From positions 5,209 to 69,208 of the forward strand of contig JAQWUY010000010.1 of assembly GCA_029250225.1 (NCBI GenBank): DNA of 64,000 nt, written 5' to 3'. The notes under the pieces were generated by a model that worked only from the letters and a program-made list of their open reading frames with translations, searched no databases and was not told where the DNA came from. Below are positions 38,458 through 48,167 of the stretch, one piece after another (position 1 is the stretch's first letter; each line of letters starts with the position of its first letter). This stretch comes from Alphaproteobacteria bacterium. GTDB taxonomy: Bacteria; Pseudomonadota; Alphaproteobacteria; JAQWUY01. The translations under genes and the position numbers were made by a program.

Positions 38458-39252
38458 TTATTTTTTGATTTTATGTAGTTTTTTAGTTTTATAATTTATC
38501 ATAAAATTTAAAAAGAAATTAGATTTAATCATCAACATTCTACAAAATTTACTAAATTTTAATTTATTACTTTTTATATATATATTATAATCAACTCCTA
38601 TTTCACTATCAACATCCTGCAAACCTACAATATTTGGAAATATGACATATAAATTATGACCACTAACAATTATATCACCTGTAATCATATCAGCAACATA
38701 ACAAACCTTAGGTGAATTTAAATCAATCATCTTTTGCGCACCTTGCTTTGTGATATAATATGCATGTGCGCCACCTGATGAAGCATAACTCTTACCCATC
38801 CTGCAAGTAGTATTATTAACTTTAAAAGGTAGTTTTTTTAACATTAACCAAGAAAAAAACTTCTGTGTCCTTAAAAATTTGCGACAGACTGACCCTAGTA
38901 AAATAATATCTACATTTTTAGGCTTAAAGTTTTTATATGTATTTAAAAATAATTCAATATTTTCATCAATAAAAACATCATCTTCAAAAACTAACATTTC
39001 TGGTATATTTTCGCTTACCATTTTCTGATACAAAGCTTTATGGCTTAATGCACATCCTACCTGTGCTCTGGTAAGCTTAAAAGCAAGTTGTTTTGCCTTG
39101 TTGTCATCATACAAATCTTTTATTTGTGAATCTGATAATTTTCTACCATCAACAGCATCAAAAAATTCAAAATCAATACTATATTTCTCAAAATTCTTAA
39201 CAATATTTTTCCTACGCATGGAATTAGGTATACTTACAACATAAATCTTCAT
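38458..39252 (-). CDS. Glycosyltransferase family 25
   Basis: IYVVS....RR, FEFFDAVDG, GCALSH, VFEDD, AHAYYIT..GA. Confidence 0.9.
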   Translation of the reverse strand: MKIYVVSIPNSMRRKNIVKNFEKYSIDFEFFDAVDGRKLSDSQIKDLYDDNKAKQLAFKLTRAQVGCALSHKALYQKMVSENIPEMLVFEDDVFIDENIELFLNTYKNFKPKNVDIILLGSVCRKFLRTQKFFSWLMLKKLPFKVNNTTCRMGKSYASSGGAHAYYITKQGAQKMIDLNSPKVCYVADMITGDIIVSGHNLYVIFPNIVGLQDVDSEIGVDYNIYIKSNKLKFSKFCRMLMIKSNFFLNFMINYKTKKLHKIKK

Positions 39253-39330
39253 AACTTAAATTATATAAATTAATAAAAATATAATGTCAACATTATAATG
39301 TCAAAATATAATATCATTATTTTTAAAATC

Positions 39331-39359
39331 TTGACTATTTTTAAAAAAAATATTATAAA
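39331..39359 (+). promoter_or_regulatory. Putative sigma70 promoter of rnpB
   Basis: TTGACT-17 nt-TATAAA, ending just before the RNase P P1 helix. Confidence 0.7.
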
Positions 39360-39365
39360 AACTCC

Positions 39366-39724
39366 ATAGGTAGCGGTGCAATTACATTGTTATGGGGGAA
39401 ATCCCTTACAATGAGGAAAGTCCGGGCTGTCCAACAAACGATACCAGTTAACGGCTGGCGGGGGTAACCCTAGGGAAAGTGGCACAGAAAGCAAACCACC
39501 TTGATTTATCAAGGTAAGGGTGAAAGGGTGTGGTAAGAGCACACCGCGTTGTTAGTAATAACAATGGCAGGCTAAACCCTATTGACAGCAACGCCTAAGG
39601 TCAGTATATGTGGGGGTGTTGGCGAAACATATACACATTGACTACGGGGGCAAGAGGTAAACAGTGATGTTTATCCCAGATGAATGATTGCGTAATAACA
39701 GAATCCGGCTTACAAGCTACCTAT
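39366..39724 (+). ncRNA. rnpB: RNase P RNA (bacterial type A)
   Basis: GAGGAAAGTCCGGGC, ACAGAAAGCAAACC, GGGTGAAAGGGTGTGGTAAGAGCACACC, AGATGAATG, ACAGAATCCGGCTTA. The termini ATAGGTAGC and GCTACCTAT pair as P1. Confidence 0.96.
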
Positions 39725-40338
39725 TTCTTATTATATAAATTTTTAAAATTGATAGCTGTTTCAGTTATATCTTGGGTTTCAAATAAACCACTTATAACTG
39801 CTATGCCATCACTACCATTATCAATTAAAGCTTTGGCATTATTTAATGTAATGCCCCCTATTGCCACACAAGGAATTAATATTTTATCACGCAATGCTTT
39901 AAACCCATCAACACCTATTGGTTTGCCGGCGTTTGATTTTGTACCTGTTTCGTAAACCGCTCCGATACCGACATAATCAACCACTGAAACATCTAGATTT
40001 TTTAATTCTTGCATATTACCAACAGATAAACCAATGATTGCTGAATTACCTAAATAATCCCTAGCTGATTTTGCTTTCATATCGTTTTGTCCTAAATGAA
40101 CACCATCAGCATCAACGGTTTTTGCTACATCGACAGCATCGTTTATTATTAGTGGGATATTATGTGGGGTAATGATTTCTTGTAATGAACCTGCTTGTTT
40201 TATCATATCAAGTGTTTCAATATTTTTTGGGCGGTATTGTAATACATCAATCCCGCCGGCAACAGCTTTTTCAACTTTGTCGAGCATAGTTTGTGTATCC
40301 CACCTATAATCTGTGATTGCGTAGAGATTGTATCGCAT
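39721..40338 (-). CDS. thiE: Thiamine-phosphate synthase
   Basis: LYAITD, QYRPK, IIND, GVHLGQND, TGTK, AIGGI, GIAVIS. Confidence 0.95.
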   Translation of the reverse strand: MRYNLYAITDYRWDTQTMLDKVEKAVAGGIDVLQYRPKNIETLDMIKQAGSLQEIITPHNIPLIINDAVDVAKTVDADGVHLGQNDMKAKSARDYLGNSAIIGLSVGNMQELKNLDVSVVDYVGIGAVYETGTKSNAGKPIGVDGFKALRDKILIPCVAIGGITLNNAKALIDNGSDGIAVISGLFETQDITETAINFKNLYNKK

Positions 40339-40340
40339 TA

Positions 40341-40997
40341 TTATTTCTCCATTCCCATATCCCAAAAGCCGATTTCGAGTTCTGTTGCTTTTTTAAATAT
40401 ATGTTTTTGTTTTTCAATTTCATCTTGACTTATACCATCATAAACTTTTGACATAAAGCTTTTAAATTCTTCGCCTTTTTGTATAAATTCATTACTACAA
40501 TAAACATCAATCCACGATTTATAAGGATTATTTTCTTTGTTTGTATTCTTGTCAGTAATAATTCTTTTGCCAATTTCTGCATAACCAATGGCACAAGGGG
40601 CAAGAGCTGTTATCATATCTATGTAAGAACCATTTTTACCAAAATCTATTACATAATCAGTGTATGCTTTATTATTTGTGTGTTGTTTTGTTGCGAAAAC
40701 TTGTTCTTTTGATATATTCCAATCAGCACAATATGATATATGCAGTTCAATTTCACCATCTAATAAATCTCGTAAATTTTTATAGGCAAATTCCCTTTCG
40801 CTAATATTTTTTGCATTATGCACAGCATACTCCCAAGCTTTTGAATATTCCATTAAAAAAAGGTAATCTTGGCATAAATAATGTTGAAAATTCTTAATGG
40901 GTAGTGTTCCTAATTTTAATTTTTCAACAAATTCGTGGTTTGTGTATTCATACCATTGCTTAGCACAATTATTCATTAATATTTCGAAATTAATCAT
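40341..40997 (-). CDS. tenA: TenA family thiaminase II / aminopyrimidine aminohydrolase
   Basis: HEFV..L..GTL, YLCQDYLFL, EIELH, LAPCAIGYAEIG, YKSWIDVY, LEIGFWDM. Confidence 0.93.
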   Translation of the reverse strand: MINFEILMNNCAKQWYEYTNHEFVEKLKLGTLPIKNFQHYLCQDYLFLMEYSKAWEYAVHNAKNISEREFAYKNLRDLLDGEIELHISYCADWNISKEQVFATKQHTNNKAYTDYVIDFGKNGSYIDMITALAPCAIGYAEIGKRIITDKNTNKENNPYKSWIDVYCSNEFIQKGEEFKSFMSKVYDGISQDEIEKQKHIFKKATELEIGFWDMGMEK

Positions 40998-41049
40998 TTT
41001 AAATCCATTTTAACAATTTTTTTATTATATTGTATATTTATCAATTAAC

Positions 41050-41991
41050 CTACTGTTTAAGTGGATTAATTGTATAAGTATCAATTGGGGGCAATTTTTT
41101 ATCGACAAGTTTATTATCGTATAAAAATTCAGCATTTTTTTTATATATTTCCTTGTTTAAATATGCAGTATCATCGGCAAGTAAAGGATAGGTTAAATCC
41201 CAAATTTGTTTGTTTAATTTATTATCTAGAGTATCTAGTTTATATTTCTTAAATTCATTCCAAGCTTTTTCAGGATTATTTTTAATATAAAGGACTGCTT
41301 TTTGAATTGAACGAACTATTTTTTTAGTTGTATTTGAACTAGCATTTGTTTTATTTGTGATTAATATTAATTCTTCGTAATTAGGTAAACCATTTTCTTC
41401 TGGATAAAATGCTTTGCCCTCAATCCCATATTTCCTTAATTCAGGTATATTAAAGTTTCTAGGCCCACCAACAACCGCATCAACTTTTTTTGTAACTAAT
41501 GATTGAGAAATCTGCCAATTAATATTAACCAATTCAACATCATCTAAGGTTAGGCCGTTGTATTCCAACATTGTTTTAATCATAGCTTCACTAACTCCAC
41601 CACTAATGGGAAAACCTATTTTTTTACCTTTTAAATCTACTATTTTGTTAATACCGTTCCCCTCTATGGTCATCATTGTATTAAGGGGTTGTCCAACAAT
41701 TGTCCCAACTCTAACATTTTTAAATCCTAAAACAGATTGCATTTGCAGTGAATTTTGATAATGTACTGCATAATCAATTTTACCTAATGAAACTAATTTA
41801 GGTGGTAGTGCAGGATCGGACGGTTCTATAAAATTAACATCTAGCCCTTGTTCTTTAAAATATCCCTTTTGTTTTGCGATTATCAGGCTTGCGTGGTCTG
41901 GGTTTACAAACCATTCGAGCATAAAAACAACTTTTTTGGCATATACATCATTAAAAAATAATAAGCTTAATAATATTATAATTTTCCTCAT
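41050..41991 (-). CDS. ABC substrate-binding protein, NMT1/THI5 (ThiY-like, HMP precursor uptake)
   Basis: LEWFVNPDHA, GYFKEQGLDV, EPSDP, DLKGKKIG, YEELI. Lies in a thiamine operon. Confidence 0.88.
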   Translation of the reverse strand: MRKIIILLSLLFFNDVYAKKVVFMLEWFVNPDHASLIIAKQKGYFKEQGLDVNFIEPSDPALPPKLVSLGKIDYAVHYQNSLQMQSVLGFKNVRVGTIVGQPLNTMMTIEGNGINKIVDLKGKKIGFPISGGVSEAMIKTMLEYNGLTLDDVELVNINWQISQSLVTKKVDAVVGGPRNFNIPELRKYGIEGKAFYPEENGLPNYEELILITNKTNASSNTTKKIVRSIQKAVLYIKNNPEKAWNEFKKYKLDTLDNKLNKQIWDLTYPLLADDTAYLNKEIYKKNAEFLYDNKLVDKKLPPIDTYTINPLKQ

Positions 41992-42762
41992 TTAACATTT
42001 CTTTCTTAAATCGTCATTATCCCAATGAATAGTTTTTCGTACTAACCAATCAACAAAATAATAAAGAAACAATGACATAACAACCAAAACAACCAAAGCA
42101 CCGAACATATCATCAGTTTGCATTCTTGCATTAGAATATAACATACGATAACCAAGTCCAGCAGAAGCACCAACCCACTCACCGACTATTGCACTAATTG
42201 GAGCAAAAGCAGCTGCCACCCTTAATCCAGAACCTAGCGCAGGTAATGCCGATCGACATCTTACTTTAAATAAAGTAGTAATATTATTAGCACCCATAGT
42301 TTTTGCAATATCTAAGTAACCCTTTTTTGTTTGTCTTAATCCATCATAAAATGCTGTGGTAACTGGAAAAAATATAATTATCGTAGACATTACAACTTTT
42401 GGAGCAAGATCAAAGCCAAGCCATAACACTAATATAGGAGCAATTGCATAAATAGGTATAGCTTGACTTACAACAAGCATAGGTAACATAACACTACGAA
42501 AACTTTTAAAGATTTGTAATAACAAGCCATTGATTATGCCTAATAAAGAACCAAATATCATTCCTAAAATAATTTCTATTCCTGTTATTTTTGCATCTTG
42601 GAATAAAATAGAATATTTATTTACTAATACATCGCCCACTAAAATAGGTGATGGTAGTAAAAACTCAGGTATTTTAAAAAATACAACTAAGCCTTGCCAA
42701 AAAATTAGAAAAATTAAAATTCCCCAAAATATTTTTACTAATTTTAACATATTATTATACAT
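41992..42762 (-). CDS. ABC permease (ThiX-like)
   Basis: LLPSP, QAIPIYAIAPILVLWLG, FFPV, AIVGEWVGASAGLG. Confidence 0.88.
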   Translation of the reverse strand: MYNNMLKLVKIFWGILIFLIFWQGLVVFFKIPEFLLPSPILVGDVLVNKYSILFQDAKITGIEIILGMIFGSLLGIINGLLLQIFKSFRSVMLPMLVVSQAIPIYAIAPILVLWLGFDLAPKVVMSTIIIFFPVTTAFYDGLRQTKKGYLDIAKTMGANNITTLFKVRCRSALPALGSGLRVAAAFAPISAIVGEWVGASAGLGYRMLYSNARMQTDDMFGALVVLVVMSLFLYYFVDWLVRKTIHWDNDDLRKKC

Positions 42763-43462
42763 ATGATTTCTCTAACATTTGCCATAATTTTTTACTAGCT
42801 TGAATTGTTTCATCACTATTAAAATTTCTGGGGGCTGGTTGTTTTAAAGATACACCTTTTTTTAAATATGGTGCTTCACCTATCATAACAAAAACTTCAT
42901 CGCTAAGGCGTGTACTTTCCATCACATCGTGAGTTACCATTACAACAGTTTTATCAGTTAACATTTCATAAAATAAATTTTGGCAATCTCTTTTCGTCAT
43001 TGCATCTAGTGCTGAAAAAGGTTCGTCCATTAATATCAAATCTGCATCTATCATCAAAGTTCGAACTAATGCAACTCTTTGTTTTTGCCCACCGGATAAT
43101 TGATTTGGGTATTGGTTTAATTTATTTCTTATACCGACTTTATTTAATAATCTTTTTGCTTTATTTATTTCATCTGTTGTAGGTTTTTTATTTTTTAGTG
43201 TAATCGGTAACAAGATATTATCAAGAACATTAAGCCAAGGATACAATAAATCTTCTTGTCCCATCCAAGCCACCTTAAAATTATTGTTTACGATACCTGT
43301 GATATGACCAAAATTATCAAGTCCTGCTATGATACGAATTAATGTTGATTTTCCAACTCCACTTTCACCAAGTATTGAAACCCAAGAACCTTTTTTAAAT
43401 GGCAAAGAAATATCTTTAAACAAAAACTTACCATTATGTTTAAGGCTTACATTTTTTAACAT
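42755..43462 (-). CDS. ABC ATP-binding protein (ThiZ-like)
   Basis: GESGVGKST, LSGGQKQR, MDEPFSALD. ATG overlaps the thiD stop codon. Confidence 0.88.
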   Translation of the reverse strand: MLKNVSLKHNGKFLFKDISLPFKKGSWVSILGESGVGKSTLIRIIAGLDNFGHITGIVNNNFKVAWMGQEDLLYPWLNVLDNILLPITLKNKKPTTDEINKAKRLLNKVGIRNKLNQYPNQLSGGQKQRVALVRTLMIDADLILMDEPFSALDAMTKRDCQNLFYEMLTDKTVVMVTHDVMESTRLSDEVFVMIGEAPYLKKGVSLKQPAPRNFNSDETIQASKKLWQMLEKSYV

Positions 43463-44268
43463 TACCAAACCTTGTAAAAATGATTTATTGGACCGGAACC
43501 TGAACCTATATCAAGTTCATCAGACCTTGCAACAGCACCAGCAATATAATTTTTTGCATTTTGCACTGATGTTTTAATATCGTTTCCTTTCGCAACAAAA
43601 CTAGCAATAGCCGAAGACATAGAACAACCCGTACCGTGGGTGTTTTTAGTATTAATTCGTGGAGAAGTCATAGAAATTATATCACTTCCATCGTAATATA
43701 AATCGTGTAATACATCACCTTGCATATGTCCACCTTTTAATAAAACAGATTTTGCTCCCAACTTTAATAATTCAACACAATAATCTTCCATATCTTGTAA
43801 ATTAGGTTGAGTTGTTTTATTTAAAAGAACCATTGCCTCAGGTATATTCGGAGTAATAATATCAGAAGAAGGAATAAGACGCTGTTTTAAAGCATCAACT
43901 CCTTCCTCATTTAATAATTTACAACCAGACTTAGAAATCATAACCGGATCAAGTACAATATTTTTAGCCCCTAGTGATCTTAGAGCCGATGCAACCGCAA
44001 ATGTTAATTCAGGTGTTCCTAACATTCCTATTTTAACCGCATCAATATCTAAGTCATCGTAAACTGTTTCAATTTGCTCAATAACAAATTCAGGCGAAAC
44101 AGGAAATATAGAACGAACTTCACGAGTATTTTGTGCTGTTAATGCTGTGATAACTGATGCACCATATACACCAAGTGCAGACATTACTTTTAAATCGGCT
44201 TGTATACCGGCGCCACCGCCACTATCAGAACCAGCAATAGTTAAGCACACAGGTATTTTTTGTTTCAT
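43462..44268 (-). CDS. thiD: Hydroxymethylpyrimidine/phosphomethylpyrimidine kinase
   Basis: LTIAGSDSGGGAGIQADLK, TALTAQNT, KIGML, DPVM, TPNIPEA, THGTGC. Confidence 0.97.
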   Translation of the reverse strand: MKQKIPVCLTIAGSDSGGGAGIQADLKVMSALGVYGASVITALTAQNTREVRSIFPVSPEFVIEQIETVYDDLDIDAVKIGMLGTPELTFAVASALRSLGAKNIVLDPVMISKSGCKLLNEEGVDALKQRLIPSSDIITPNIPEAMVLLNKTTQPNLQDMEDYCVELLKLGAKSVLLKGGHMQGDVLHDLYYDGSDIISMTSPRINTKNTHGTGCSMSSAIASFVAKGNDIKTSVQNAKNYIAGAVARSDELDIGSGSGPINHFYKVW

Positions 44269-44272
44269 ATTA

Positions 44273-44361
44273 CCATTCCCTTCGTAAGTATTAACTAACA
44301 GGTTCAACGGGTAAGGAATAAAATAAAATCATCCTATCTCAACAAATATGTACCCCGATGG
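44273..44361 (-). promoter_or_regulatory. TPP riboswitch
   Basis: Minus strand CCATCGGGGTAC...TGAGA...ACCCGTTGAACCTG..GTTAATAC..CGAAGGGAATGG immediately before the thiD ATG. The SD lies within the aptamer 3' strand. Confidence 0.9.
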
Positions 44362-44434
44362 AATTAAAATTATGCTATACAAAAAAGAAAATTAAGTAAA
44401 GACTTTTTTTGAAATTAATTGTATAAAATAAATT

Positions 44435-45646
44435 ATGGATAAAATTCAAAAATACGATGTTCAAATAGTTGGTGGCGGTCTTGCAGGATTAAGTTTAGCT
44501 CTTGCACTTGGTAAAAATAATATAAAAACTCTGTTGATTGACAACCTAGAAGATCCAAACAAAACAAATAAAACAGATGGTCGCACAACTGCACTTATGG
44601 AAAGTTCCGTAAACTACCTAGATAACTTAGGCATTTGGAAAAATATAAAACAAAATTCTTGTAAAATTTCTTGTATGCGAATTATAAATATTGTACCACC
44701 TAATAAAATATCAGACGAAGTTATATTTGAATCCAATAAAATTGGTATTAATGCACTAGCTTATAATATTGATAATCATATTTTAAGAACTGAACTTTGT
44801 AATGAAATTAGTAAATTTAAATCTATTAAACATTTATTTAATTCGAAATGTAAAAATGCTATACAAAAAAATGACGGTTGGGTTGTTAATACTGATAAAG
44901 GCAAATACAGTGCTAAGTTAACAATTGGTGCCGATGGTCGCAGTTCAACAATTCGCAAATGTGCAGGAATTAATTTTAAAAAGAAAGATTACAATCAATC
45001 AGCTATCGTATTTAATATAAATCACACACAAAATACTAATAACACATCAACAGAATTTATGTATCCAGAAGGTGCATTTACATTTGTACCGATGGGGAAA
45101 AATAAATCAGCCATCGTATGGGTTGAACAAACAGACCAAGTAAACAAACTTATATTAAATAACAAATTGTTAAAACAAAAATTTATTCAAAAATCACAAA
45201 AAATGTTCGGAGAAATTGAAATACTTACAAAACCAAAATCATTTCCTCTAAGCAAAATAATTGCCGAAACTAATATATCCGACAAATTATGTTTAATAGG
45301 TGAAGCTCATCACGGCATAACACCTGTTGCAGCACAAGGACTTAACTTATCTCTGAGAGATAGCGCCATACTAGCTGAATTAATAATAAAAAACAAAGAT
45401 GATGATTTTAACAAAATATTAATATCATATAATAAAAAAAGATTAAAAGACATCAAAACAAGAATTATCGGAACAGATATATTTCATAATTTTTCAAGAT
45501 TTTCAAATCCTATATCAATAGGAATAAAATCAATAGCTACAAATATATTAAATCGAATGCCACAAGCAAAGAACCAACTAATGAAATTGGGGTTGTCATT
45601 TCCTGATGGGTTGCCAAATATGATGAGAAAAAACAATAAAATATAA
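44435..45646 (+). CDS. FAD-dependent ubiquinone biosynthesis hydroxylase (UbiH/UbiL family)
   Basis: IVGGGLAG, DGRTTAL, GADGRSSTIR, IGEAHH..TPVAAQGLNLSLRD. Confidence 0.88.
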   Translation: MDKIQKYDVQIVGGGLAGLSLALALGKNNIKTLLIDNLEDPNKTNKTDGRTTALMESSVNYLDNLGIWKNIKQNSCKISCMRIINIVPPNKISDEVIFESNKIGINALAYNIDNHILRTELCNEISKFKSIKHLFNSKCKNAIQKNDGWVVNTDKGKYSAKLTIGADGRSSTIRKCAGINFKKKDYNQSAIVFNINHTQNTNNTSTEFMYPEGAFTFVPMGKNKSAIVWVEQTDQVNKLILNNKLLKQKFIQKSQKMFGEIEILTKPKSFPLSKIIAETNISDKLCLIGEAHHGITPVAAQGLNLSLRDSAILAELIIKNKDDDFNKILISYNKKRLKDIKTRIIGTDIFHNFSRFSNPISIGIKSIATNILNRMPQAKNQLMKLGLSFPDGLPNMMRKNNKI

Positions 45647-45670
45647 AAAAAAGGGCAGTATTACCGCCCT
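45645..45670 (-). terminator. Intrinsic terminator after the 45696-46070 gene
   Basis: Minus strand AGGGCGGT-AAT-ACTGCCCT followed by a T run. Confidence 0.8.
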
Positions 45671-45695
45671 AAAGTTACAGGAGAGTTTAAAAGTA

Positions 45696-46070
45696 TTAAT
45701 ATCCACCACCTTTTCCGCCACTGCGACCGCCTTTACTGCGACCACCACTACGGCCACTTTTCTTGCCACCACTTGACTTAGATGACTTCATTCGACTGTT
45801 TTGACGGGGTTTTTTAGGTGATTTATTTTCATCTGTTTTAAAGACAGGAGCTTTTGATTTTTTCTTCTCCATGTCTTTTTCAACAGCAAGTTTATCTTTA
45901 CTTAACTTGCTATCTTTACTTGCATCTAATCCACCGAAATTAGATTTTGAAACTTTATTATTGCCAATTACTAAATTTAAATTTCCAATTTTTTTGGAAT
46001 TTTTTTCTTGAGCATAAGAAGGTAAAGTAATTGATGTTACTAATAATATAATAGTTAATAATTTATTCAT
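45696..46070 (-). CDS. Hypothetical exported protein with basic Gly/Ser/Lys/Arg-rich tail
   Basis: SD GGGAG, signal peptide ending SYA-Q, low-complexity C-terminus, own terminator. Confidence 0.75.
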   Translation of the reverse strand: MNKLLTIILLVTSITLPSYAQEKNSKKIGNLNLVIGNNKVSKSNFGGLDASKDSKLSKDKLAVEKDMEKKKSKAPVFKTDENKSPKKPRQNSRMKSSKSSGGKKSGRSGGRSKGGRSGGKGGGY

Positions 46071-46262
46071 AATGCTCCCTATTTTTTATTTTTTAATCTA
46101 ACATCATTTCTGATTATTACACTATCTTAAATAAAAAATCAACACTTAAAGTATAATATTTTTAATTAAATTACAACCATAAGTATTATCACATATATTA
46201 TATTGTTAATTTGTAATCTTTTTTTCTTGATAAAAAATTAAGTATTATTTAGAATAATTTTT

Positions 46263-47456
46263 ATGGATATCTCAGAAGTTGTAAAAAAATCAAAAACGAA
46301 CCAGTTTTTATTAGGTTTATTGTTTGGAAATATTAAACATTCAAATAATTCTAATGAGTTTTACGTTTATTCAAAATATAAAAATAATTCTGTTATATTA
46401 TCAAAACGAGAAATGACTGATTCCGAAAAAAAGTTAACACATACTTCATTAGAACAAAAAACAGAACTTACTTGGCTTTCGAAAAGCAATAAAAAACAAT
46501 TAATCCCATCAGACATTAAAAATTACAATCATTTATTTGTATTTAAAAACTCTAACAATCTAACATATATCAATATTTACAATGAACTTTTAACTAATGT
46601 TAGATCTCTCGATATTGATATAAAAGAATTTTTTGCCGGTTTTTTTTCTTGTCGAGCTTCAATAGACAAAAGTAGCAAATCAATCACCATTGATTACTGG
46701 TATGACTCTGATTATGAGCTAGAAACCAAAACCAGAGCATTATTAAATTCACTTCCTTTAAGTGATATATCAGCTGTATTTCCTATTAATTTTAGGGAGC
46801 TTCAGAAAGATCAGATAGAAGGAGCAAATAGAGAAACTCAATTTAGAATGAAAGCAAATTGGTTTTTTAACAAGTCGTATTTAATAAATCCATACAAACA
46901 AGAATGCCTAAAAAAAATAGCAAATAATATGGGTGATTTTAAACCAAGTAATACAATCCCAGATTTATTAAGTAGGGTAAAAAGGTTTTCAGAAATAATT
47001 TATTCTCAAAATAAATTAAGTGAAGAAGATATAGAAAAATACAGATCAAATATAGGCTTAGATCCCGATTCAAATATTGAAAATATAAGAGATAAAAAAC
47101 TCATTAATCTTGCTTGGGGTATATTACCTGATAAATGTGCTGGGTGTAATGAAAAATATCAAATAACGGATAGAACTTTTCCAAGTAAGACGAGAGACGG
47201 GAGATATTATTTAGAAATACATCATATAATATCTCTCGGTGACAACAAGGAATTAGATACTGAATTTAATTTGTCAAAATTATGTCCTGCTTGCCATACA
47301 TCATTAAGGAAGGGAAGAGCAAGCGAAGAATATCAGAAAGAAGTTATCAGCAATATATTAAATTACTCTGAAACAGACACCGAATCAATTAAATGTTATT
47401 TAGACATTTCAGATAATGAACAAGTTATTAAATCTATTCAACAAAGATTACTATAA
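46263..47456 (+). CDS. Putative Type IIS restriction endonuclease with C-terminal HNH domain
   Basis: CAGC...YLEIHHII...NLSKLCPACH (Cys-flanked HNH). Convergent with two DNA methyltransferase genes. Confidence 0.8.
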   Translation: MDISEVVKKSKTNQFLLGLLFGNIKHSNNSNEFYVYSKYKNNSVILSKREMTDSEKKLTHTSLEQKTELTWLSKSNKKQLIPSDIKNYNHLFVFKNSNNLTYINIYNELLTNVRSLDIDIKEFFAGFFSCRASIDKSSKSITIDYWYDSDYELETKTRALLNSLPLSDISAVFPINFRELQKDQIEGANRETQFRMKANWFFNKSYLINPYKQECLKKIANNMGDFKPSNTIPDLLSRVKRFSEIIYSQNKLSEEDIEKYRSNIGLDPDSNIENIRDKKLINLAWGILPDKCAGCNEKYQITDRTFPSKTRDGRYYLEIHHIISLGDNKELDTEFNLSKLCPACHTSLRKGRASEEYQKEVISNILNYSETDTESIKCYLDISDNEQVIKSIQQRLL

Positions 47457-48167
47457 AATCATACGAGATTTAGCTATGTCAAAATATTTTTTATCTTTTT
47501 CAATTCCAATAAAATTTCTACCTAATTTCTGACAGGCAACACCAGTCGTGCCACTACCCATAAAACAATCTAATACAGTTTCGCCTTTATTAGTATGTAT
47601 TTTTATAATTTCTTGCATTATTTTCAAACTTTTTTGAGTTGGATGTTCTGTTCTTTCTATCCCTGACACAATTGAAGATTGGAAAAAACTTCTTAAATAT
47701 GGTTTGTTACTTGGTCTATTGAATACCCACTTTGAATTCTTATTGACTCCCCATATAGCAAATTCCATATCTTGAACATAACGACGATCTCTATTTCTTG
47801 GCATAGGGTTAGACTTTTGCCAAACCAAAATATCTTTAATCTCAATATTATTGAGTTCCAATCTTTCAATTATATAACTTAAATTTCTATAAGAATTGAA
47901 AATTATAATACTTCCATTAGGTGATAATAAACTTATATATTTATCGATCCAACTAAGTAAATCAAAATTCTTGTCCCATTCACCAAAGTCAACTCCGTGT
48001 CTATCAGCAGAATACATTGTATTGAAATTATTATCTTTTGATATATTATAGGGCGGATCTGTTATTATATGATCCACAGTAATACTGTCATTTTGTAGAT
48101 TATCAAAAATCTTGTAAGAATCTCCACAATAAATATTGATATTATAATTTAAGAAATTTTCTTGCAA
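47451..48167 (-). CDS. Beta-class amino (N6-adenine) DNA methyltransferase
   Basis: TDPPY precedes HPTQK and DCFMGSGTTG. TTG start with SD AGGAG. From memory it closely resembles H. pylori M1.HpyAVI. Confidence 0.92.
   Translation of the reverse strand: MQENFLNYNINIYCGDSYKIFDNLQNDSITVDHIITDPPYNISKDNNFNTMYSADRHGVDFGEWDKNFDLLSWIDKYISLLSPNGSIIIFNSYRNLSYIIERLELNNIEIKDILVWQKSNPMPRNRDRRYVQDMEFAIWGVNKNSKWVFNRPSNKPYLRSFFQSSIVSGIERTEHPTQKSLKIMQEIIKIHTNKGETVLDCFMGSGTTGVACQKLGRNFIGIEKDKKYFDIAKSRMIL

Noticed and set aside
39680-39955. 91-aa ORF starting inside rnpB
   Set aside because: It overlaps the RNase P RNA and lies antisense to thiE.
48142-48167. Frameshifted fusion of the two methyltransferases
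   Set aside because: The downstream gene has a TTG start with a well-spaced AGGAG SD, so translational coupling of two genes is the simpler reading.
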